Shown here piece by piece: positions 26,508 to 32,639 of a DNA stretch of 32,639 nt. Every line of letters begins with the position of its first letter. Position 1 is the first letter of the stretch. The notes under the pieces were generated by a model that worked only from the letters and a program-made list of their open reading frames with translations, was not told the DNA's origin and did not search any database. The translations under genes were made by a program, and so were the position numbers. Source of the DNA: Spirochaetia bacterium (GTDB lineage: Bacteria > Spirochaetota > Spirochaetia > DSM-27196 > Salinispiraceae); contig JBBRCZ010000020.1 in NCBI GenBank assembly GCA_038204425.1, positions 1-32,639 on the forward strand, read 5' to 3'.

Positions 26508-27503
26508 ATGAGTGATAATCGTTGGCCTAACTTTTGGCAGAGTCTGCCGCGCCCCTTTGTGGCACTTGCTCCGATGGAGAATGTCAGTGACTTTGTTTTT
26601 AGACAATTGATTGCTGGCTTTGGCGCGCCGGATGTTTTTTTTAGTGAGTTTGTAAGCGCACGAGCCTTGGTTTCTGGCAGGCAGGATGCTTGGATGAGCC
26701 TGTGTAATCCTGGTGACCATCCCTTGGTTGCGCAAATCTGGGGCACCGATCCCAAGCTTATTTACGAGGCTGTTAAGCTCTTGTTAGACTACGACTTTGC
26801 TGGCGTTGACCTCAATATGGGCTGCCCACAGCCTAAAATCACCCGCAAAGGAGCCTGTGGCGGTCTAATCAAAAACCCTAACTTGGCCTATGAGCTAGTG
26901 CGTGCTGCCCAAGAAGCTGCCAAAACATTGCCGGTTAGCGTTAAAACTCGCATTGGTTGGAAGCAGAGTGAGATTGAAACTTGGATTGCTGGACTGCTAG
27001 AGCTCAAACCTGCTGCGCTTACTGTCCATGGACGTACCGTCGATCAAATGTCAGATGGCCTGGCCGATTGGACCGCAATCGCCGAAGCTGTGGCACTCAA
27101 AAACCAGATTAGTCCACACACCATCGTGATTGGCAACGGCGATCTTGAAATCCCGCAAGAAGTGGATTCTCGTTTTGAGCAGACGGGAGTTGACGGCCTC
27201 ATGGTGGCACGCGGCATATTTAAGGATCCTTTTATCTTTAGACGCTGGAAAGAAATAAAGAATAAAGCGCCATTGAGCCCAGCCTTTGCTGACCTAGCAC
27301 TAAAGCAAAGAGTTGAGCTTGCTCGCTACCATCTCGACTTGTTTGAAGAGTTTCGTGGGGACGGACCTCACTTTGAGATCATGAAGAAGTTCTTTAAAGT
27401 TTATCTCTCTGGTACCGCCGAGCGCGAGGCAGTTAGAGAGCGGCTTAACCTTACCCATAGCTGGGACCAAGCACGTGCCATTTTGATTGAGCACAGCAGT
27501 TAA
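26508..27503 (+). CDS. tRNA-dihydrouridine synthase (DusB/DusC-like)
   Basis: Motifs LAPMENVSD, QIWG, DLNMGCP, VKTRIG, VHGRT, GNGD and GLMVARG. Confidence 0.92.
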   Translation: MSDNRWPNFWQSLPRPFVALAPMENVSDFVFRQLIAGFGAPDVFFSEFVSARALVSGRQDAWMSLCNPGDHPLVAQIWGTDPKLIYEAVKLLLDYDFAGVDLNMGCPQPKITRKGACGGLIKNPNLAYELVRAAQEAAKTLPVSVKTRIGWKQSEIETWIAGLLELKPAALTVHGRTVDQMSDGLADWTAIAEAVALKNQISPHTIVIGNGDLEIPQEVDSRFEQTGVDGLMVARGIFKDPFIFRRWKEIKNKAPLSPAFADLALKQRVELARYHLDLFEEFRGDGPHFEIMKKFFKVYLSGTAEREAVRERLNLTHSWDQARAILIEHSS

Positions 27504-27532
27504 TGGCGTAATTGTGCGCCTGGCCAAATCAG

Positions 27533-27561
27533 TTGTCACGAGCATTATACTTGCATATACT
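27533..27561 (+). promoter_or_regulatory. sigma70 promoter of the lipid operon
   Basis: TTGTCA-17-TATACT; GGAG SD at 27598. Confidence 0.7.
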
Positions 27562-27610
27562 ACCAGCCTTCCACAAAGGAACAGATTGCTAGGTATTGGA
27601 GTAGAGCTTG

Positions 27611-28744
27611 ATGAGGGAACTTGAAATCAGAGAAGTGACTAAGCGCCGCGACAAAAGACGCTTTGTTAACTATCCCTTTGCATTGTATAAGCGCCCAGCT
27701 CTGTCCCCATCGTTATGGACTCCGCCCTTGTTGATTGAAGAATACCGGACGCTTGATAGCCAAAGAAACAAGTGGTTCTTGCAAGGCGAACAGAGCGAGT
27801 TTATTGCTGTGCGCAAGGGGCGTTTGGTGGGACGAATCGCGGCTCATGTCGACCACGGTTACGTTAATTATCAGAGTGATAGGACAGGCTTTTTTGGCTT
27901 CTTTGAATGTGACGACGACCACGAGGCTGCCAAACAACTTTTTGCGGCCGCCGAATCGCGACTGCTTGATTATGGTGTACTGGCCGCTATGGGGCCTATC
28001 AATCAAAGTCCCAACCAAGTAATGGGTTGTCTGGTTGACGGTTTTGAAAACACAGCTCCGATCTTTATGGGTTGGAACCCCGGCTACTACGACACGCTAA
28101 TTCAAGCAAATGGTTATACGAAAGAAAAGGATCTTCTTTCGTATCGCATGGATACAAGCGCGCCACTTCCGCAGCAGATACTGCGAATTGCAACTTTGTG
28201 TAAGGAACGCGAGCAGATAAGTATCCGCAGATTAAACCTGCGCGAGTTTGACGATTTACTAGAGTCAATAAGGAATATTTACAATGAGGCTTGGGCTGAC
28301 AAATGGGGTTTTGTACCATGGACAAGGGAGCAGTTTGTTCAACTTGGCAACGATCTCAAACCGTTTATCCACCTGCAAATGTTGATTGTAGCTGAGCATG
28401 CTGGTCGGCCGGTTGGTTTTGCACTTGCCATACCTGACCACAGTCAGCTTATGCAAAAAATAGACGGTCGACTTTTGCCTTGGGGTTTTGTTCATTTACT
28501 TAAAAACTTCCGCAATACCTCAATTTTTAGAGTGGCGGCCTTTGGTATAAAACCAGCATGGCGGGCTAGGGGTGTTGACGCCCTGTTTGTCTATGAATTA
28601 TACACTCACGGTATAGAATTGGGATGTAAACTGGCAGAGTTTTCTTGGATTGCTGAAGATAACTATCCTTTACGCAACATGCTCGCTAAGTGGGGCGCTC
28701 AAGCTTCTATGACCCATCGTATCTATCGCAAGGAGTTAACATGA
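27611..28744 (+). CDS. YghO/bacterial ceramide synthase (bCerS)-like GNAT N-acyltransferase
   Basis: Family pattern WTPPL..E...LD...N, VGRIAA, GFFGFFE.DD, GP...SPN...G.LVDGF, M.WNP.YY, YNEAW..KWGFVP, G.KP.WR.RG and E.SWI.EDN. Confidence 0.75.
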   Translation: MRELEIREVTKRRDKRRFVNYPFALYKRPALSPSLWTPPLLIEEYRTLDSQRNKWFLQGEQSEFIAVRKGRLVGRIAAHVDHGYVNYQSDRTGFFGFFECDDDHEAAKQLFAAAESRLLDYGVLAAMGPINQSPNQVMGCLVDGFENTAPIFMGWNPGYYDTLIQANGYTKEKDLLSYRMDTSAPLPQQILRIATLCKEREQISIRRLNLREFDDLLESIRNIYNEAWADKWGFVPWTREQFVQLGNDLKPFIHLQMLIVAEHAGRPVGFALAIPDHSQLMQKIDGRLLPWGFVHLLKNFRNTSIFRVAAFGIKPAWRARGVDALFVYELYTHGIELGCKLAEFSWIAEDNYPLRNMLAKWGAQASMTHRIYRKELT

Positions 28745-29670
28745 AGACCGTATTTCTCTTCCCTGGACAAGGAGCCCAGTATCCAGGTATGGCCAAGGAT
28801 CTCTACGAGCAAAGCCAAGCAGTCAAAGATTTGTTTGAGCAAGCCTCACAGGCTGCAGGCATAAGTATGACCAAGCTGCTTTTTGAAGGCAGCGAAGATG
28901 ATCTAAAGGCCACACACAATACACAAATCGCCATAACGTTGGCTAATCTCTCGGCCTCTGCCGTTTTGTCCGAACAAGGTCGCAGTGCTGAGCTCTGCGC
29001 TGGATTTTCGGTTGGTGAGTACGCAGCCTTGGCAGAGTCGGGAGTTTTGAGCGCCGAGGACGCCTTTAAGGCTGTCTTAATTAGAGGCGAAGTCATGGAG
29101 GCGGCCAGCCGTACTTGTGACAGCCAGCAGGGACCCTCCGGTATGTCCGCCATCTTAGGGATGAGCTATGAAGAGGCCGCGCCAATTGTGCAAGCCTTGT
29201 CTGCCGAAGGGGTGTTTATTGCCAATCATTCATCCCCAAGTCAGATAGTAATTGCAGGAACAGCCAGGGGGCTTGAGATTGCCGAGTCAAAACTCAACGA
29301 CGCGGGAGCTATGAAGGTAGTGCGCCTTAAGGTATCGGGGCCGTTCCATTCGCCGTTACTCGAGCAAGCCAAAAAAGATTTTGCAGCCCGAGCCGCTGCA
29401 CTCACTTGGAAAAATCCTACAAAACCGATAGTATCAAACGTAAGCGCTGCGTTTATTAGCTCGGGCGAACAAGCTCGAGACTTTGCCGCACAGCAAATTG
29501 TATCTACCGTTAAATGGGTTGACAGTATGCGTCTCTTGACTCAATCAGGTGCCTCGTTGGTACTTGAGGTGGGACCGGGTAGAGTGCTTGGAGGCTTGTG
29601 GAAGTCGTTTACCAAAGAAATAAGGTGTCAGAGTGCCGGCACGCTGGAGCAGATACAAGCAATTCAATAA
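28741..29670 (+). CDS. fabD: Malonyl-CoA:ACP transacylase
   Basis: Motifs FPGQGAQ, GFSVGE (catalytic Ser), IRG (malonate-binding Arg) and SGPFHS; ATGA overlap with the GNAT gene. Confidence 0.92.
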   Translation: MKTVFLFPGQGAQYPGMAKDLYEQSQAVKDLFEQASQAAGISMTKLLFEGSEDDLKATHNTQIAITLANLSASAVLSEQGRSAELCAGFSVGEYAALAESGVLSAEDAFKAVLIRGEVMEAASRTCDSQQGPSGMSAILGMSYEEAAPIVQALSAEGVFIANHSSPSQIVIAGTARGLEIAESKLNDAGAMKVVRLKVSGPFHSPLLEQAKKDFAARAAALTWKNPTKPIVSNVSAAFISSGEQARDFAAQQIVSTVKWVDSMRLLTQSGASLVLEVGPGRVLGGLWKSFTKEIRCQSAGTLEQIQAIQ

Positions 29671-29713
29671 GCCGCTTACAGAGACCGTTTCTATAATTTT
29701 CCAAGGAGTAAGA

Positions 29714-31027
29714 ATGGAACATCGCATTGTAATTACCGGTATGGACACCATAAATCCGTGTGGAGACACTTTGGATGGCTACTACCAAAACTTGATCCAA
29801 GGTAAGTCCGGTGTAAAAAGATGGACTTCACTTGATATGTCCCGTGTAGAAAACAAGGTGGGCGGTGACCTAGGAGACTATGACTGGCCCGCGGCCTTAG
29901 AGCGTGTAAAGCATCTTTTTGGCGACCGCTACAAAGCTATAAGAAAGCTTTTTAAGAACGCCACTTTTACCAGCCGATTGTCGATGCTTACCGCCATCAA
30001 CGCATGGAACGACGCGGGTCTGTTTGCCGAAGGTGCGCGCGACGGTGAAGATCCTTATCGCACTATGTCTATCGTTGCCGGACACAACCTCAATAGCAAC
30101 TACATCAGCACACAATACGAACAGTTTAAGATTGAACCTGAGTACATGGATCCGCTTTCTTCGGTGGAGGCGATCGACAACAATGTTCCGGCTTTGATCA
30201 CCGAAGTCTTGGGCTTGCACGGTCCAGCGTATACCCTTGGTGCTGCTTGTGCCTCTGGTAACCTTGCTTTGCGAGATGCTTGCCGCGACATACGCGCTGG
30301 AGAAATAGACCGGGCCGTAGTCTGCGGAGCCGTTTTTGATGTGGCGGCTTCCGATATTCAGGCCTCGGCAATACTTAACTCCGTGGTAGTAAAACCCGAG
30401 CTCCAAGTTGACCCAACCCAAGCGAGCCGACCTTTTGATCACAAGCGCAATGGTTTTGTTTACAGCCACGGTTCTGCTACCTTGATTGTAGAAAGTCTAG
30501 AAAGTGCTCTCAAACGTGGGGTCAGAATTTACGCTGAAGTAGCTGGCATTAAGGCCAGTTCCAACGGTGTGCATTTGCCAATGCCAGCGGCTGAGCACCA
30601 AGCTTATGCAATGCGTGAAGCAATCAAACAAGCTGGTCTTGTGCCCGAACAAGTCCAGTATGCAAACTGTCATGCCACCGGAACCCCTGCCGGAGACTTA
30701 GAAGAACTAGATGCAATGCGCTTGGTTTTTGGCAAGCACGTGTACAACATGAAGTTTAATGCTCCCAAATCCATGTTGGGACACACTTGTTGGGCAAGTC
30801 CTTTGGTAGAAACCGTGGGTGGTATATTGCAGATGATGCACGGTAGACTGCACCCAACTATCAATATAGAAAAGCTCGATCCTCATGTGGATGTCGATGT
30901 TTGTGCCAATGTTGCGGTGGACTTTAAGGCCGAGATCATGCTCAAAAACAGCTTTGGTTTTGGCGGTCTCAATTGCTGTTCGGTAATTCGCTTGTGGAAA
31001 CCCGAAATGGCTACCAGCAAGGTTTAG
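29714..31027 (+). CDS. Stand-alone beta-ketoacyl-ACP synthase (FabF/PksF-like)
   Basis: AAGGAG SD; GAACASG (Cys), HATGTPAGD and KSMLGH (His-His), SRPFD, NSFGFGG. Confidence 0.92.
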   Translation: MEHRIVITGMDTINPCGDTLDGYYQNLIQGKSGVKRWTSLDMSRVENKVGGDLGDYDWPAALERVKHLFGDRYKAIRKLFKNATFTSRLSMLTAINAWNDAGLFAEGARDGEDPYRTMSIVAGHNLNSNYISTQYEQFKIEPEYMDPLSSVEAIDNNVPALITEVLGLHGPAYTLGAACASGNLALRDACRDIRAGEIDRAVVCGAVFDVAASDIQASAILNSVVVKPELQVDPTQASRPFDHKRNGFVYSHGSATLIVESLESALKRGVRIYAEVAGIKASSNGVHLPMPAAEHQAYAMREAIKQAGLVPEQVQYANCHATGTPAGDLEELDAMRLVFGKHVYNMKFNAPKSMLGHTCWASPLVETVGGILQMMHGRLHPTINIEKLDPHVDVDVCANVAVDFKAEIMLKNSFGFGGLNCCSVIRLWKPEMATSKV

Positions 31028-31056
31028 TTGCTATTGGCAACGGAGAAGGATCAAAT

Positions 31057-31797
31057 ATGAATGCATTTGTAACCGGCGGATCTAGAGGGATAGGGCGGGC
31101 TATTGTTCTGCGCTTTGTTAAAGAAGGCTGGGGCGTTGCTTTTACTTATTCGAGCAATCAAGCTGCTGCAGATGAGACGATTGCTCAGGCTAAGATAGTT
31201 AACCCACAGGCTAAGGTTAAGGCCTATCAATTAGAACTGAGCGATGCTGGCAAAATTGAAACCGTAATAGATGATGCCATCAAAGACTTTGGAGACATAA
31301 CCGCTGCCGTTAACAATGCGGCAGTCTTGCGCAACAATGCAGCAGCTTTAATGTCCAATGACGAATGGGAAGACGTTATCAGAGTTAACCTGTCGGGGCC
31401 GTTTTATGTCTCACGTTCCTTTATTATGCATTTTTTGAGTCAACGCAAAGGTCGCTTGGTGCATATTTCCAGCATATCGGCTGGTGGCAGCTCTGGCCAG
31501 ATCAACTACGCGGCCTCCAAGGCTGGCTTAGAAGGCATGAGCCGTACCATAAGCAAAGAGTACGGTAAGAAGGGAATCACTTCCAATATCGTAACCGTTG
31601 GATATGTACCGACTGATATGACCAATGACCATATGGTCGACTCACTTAAAGAATACTGGCTTAAACACTGCCCGGCTCGTAGAGTAGGCACACCCGAAGA
31701 AATTGCGGCAACTGTTTACTTTCTCTGTTCTGACGAAGCCGCATTTATCAGCGGCGAAAACATCCAACTTGGCGCAGGACTTACCTACGCACCCTAA
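31057..31797 (+). CDS. fabG: 3-oxoacyl-ACP reductase (FabG-like SDR)
   Basis: Motifs TGGSRGIG, VNNAA, ISS and GQINYAASK. Confidence 0.85.
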   Translation: MNAFVTGGSRGIGRAIVLRFVKEGWGVAFTYSSNQAAADETIAQAKIVNPQAKVKAYQLELSDAGKIETVIDDAIKDFGDITAAVNNAAVLRNNAAALMSNDEWEDVIRVNLSGPFYVSRSFIMHFLSQRKGRLVHISSISAGGSSGQINYAASKAGLEGMSRTISKEYGKKGITSNIVTVGYVPTDMTNDHMVDSLKEYWLKHCPARRVGTPEEIAATVYFLCSDEAAFISGENIQLGAGLTYAP

Positions 31798-31806
31798 GGA
31801 GCAATC

Positions 31807-32639
31807 ATGAATCGCGTTGGCATCGAAAAAATGAACATCTATGGTACTTCTATGTACCTTTCTCAAAAAGACTTGGCTGTAGCTCGAGGTCTGGATCCTG
31901 ATACCGTAGTAGCAGACTACTTAATCGACACACGTTCGCTCAACCCGGTCTGGGAAGACACGGTCACCATGGGCGCAAATGCCGCTATTACTATGTTGAG
32001 TGAAGAAGACAAGGCCTCAATCGGTCTTTTGGTGGTAGGAACAGAAGGGTCTGTTGACCATGGAAAGCCAATTTCTACCAATATTCACAAAGCACTCGGT
32101 CTCGGGCCCAATGTGCGTAACTACGAAACCAAGTTTGCTTGTTATTCTGGCGGAGCTGCGCTTGATGCGGCTATCAATTACGTAGGAAGTGGCTTTAACC
32201 ATGGCAAAAAGGCTTTGGTAATTTGCGCGGACTTTTCGCGCATGCACCTTGGTGCCAAACATGAGTTTGTTATGGGTGGTGTTTCGGCGGCCTATCTTAT
32301 CAGTGACAATCCAAAAATTGTCGAGTTTGAAGCAAATAAAAAGGGCACTTGGACTACCGACATCTATGATACCTTTAGACCAACAGCTCGGGTAGAAATG
32401 GGAAATAACGAAGTTAGCTTGTTTTCGTACATGGACGCTGTCCAAGGTGCCTATGAGGACTATCTGCGCAATAATCCTGACAAAGACATCGATTTTGACA
32501 AGTATTTTAAGTACATCATTTATCACACGCCATTCGCTGGTATCACCTTTCAGGCCCACCGCACCTTGACGCGCAACTTTGCGCCCAAGAAGAAGCCCGA
32601 ATTGCAAGACGACTTTGACAAACGAGTTTTTCCAGCCCT
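31807..32639 (+). CDS. HMG-CoA/HMG-ACP synthase of the PksG (polyketide beta-branching) type; 3'-truncated, not in ORF track
   Basis: AAGGAG SD, ATG 31807, frame open to the window end: MNRVGIEKMNIYG...WEDTVTMGANAA...GTEGSVDHGKPISTNIHKALGL...ETKFACYSG...DTFRP...SLFSY...YHTPF..AHR. Glu-Cys-His triad intact. Confidence 0.88.
   Translation, partial: MNRVGIEKMNIYGTSMYLSQKDLAVARGLDPDTVVADYLIDTRSLNPVWEDTVTMGANAAITMLSEEDKASIGLLVVGTEGSVDHGKPISTNIHKALGLGPNVRNYETKFACYSGGAALDAAINYVGSGFNHGKKALVICADFSRMHLGAKHEFVMGGVSAAYLISDNPKIVEFEANKKGTWTTDIYDTFRPTARVEMGNNEVSLFSYMDAVQGAYEDYLRNNPDKDIDFDKYFKYIIYHTPFAGITFQAHRTLTRNFAPKKKPELQDDFDKRVFPA

Noticed and set aside
32017..32607. 196-aa minus-strand ORF in the track
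   Set aside because: Antisense shadow of the HMG synthase gene on the plus strand.
1..32639. CRISPR array, IS elements, defence systems or pseudogenes
   Set aside because: No regularly spaced repeats, transposase, nuclease motifs or broken reading frames were seen; nearly all sequence is explained by intact genes.

Overview
Gene-dense bacterial chromosomal window of moderate GC. It is most likely from a diderm spirochaete; this is an inference from several Ser/Ala/Gly-Cys lipoprotein signals, a Treponema-like Lpp20-type lipoprotein and a GFSxG FabD. Left to right: a membrane adenylate cyclase operon with a probable beta-barrel protein and a lipoprotein (the lipoprotein runs off the left edge and is absent from the ORF track); divergent TrmH- and RluA/RluD-family RNA modification genes; a small monocistronic beta-barrel-like protein with no Lys/Arg/His in its barrel region; tRNA-Phe(GAA); an Ldh_2-family dehydrogenase; alr-nagD; a seven-gene cluster of uncharacterised exported proteins and lipoproteins (LamG-like, FlgT/CsgG-like, three Lpp20-like, YfaP-like); mnmA-dusA-EamA; histidine kinase, REC-GGDEF(degenerate)-EAL and cNMP-binding genes; a second dus; and a lipid operon. 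The lipid operon begins with a bacterial ceramide-synthase-like GNAT, followed by FabD-, FabF/PksF- and FabG-like genes and a PksG-type HMG-ACP synthase that runs off the right edge (also absent from the ORF track). The best candidates for undescribed biology are this GNAT plus beta-branching lipid operon, the nitrogen-poor acidic putative porin, the Lpp20/FlgT/YfaP envelope cluster, and a recurrent leaderless-promoter architecture. I saw no CRISPR array, IS element or phage genes. All family calls are from motif recognition by eye; no database searches were run.
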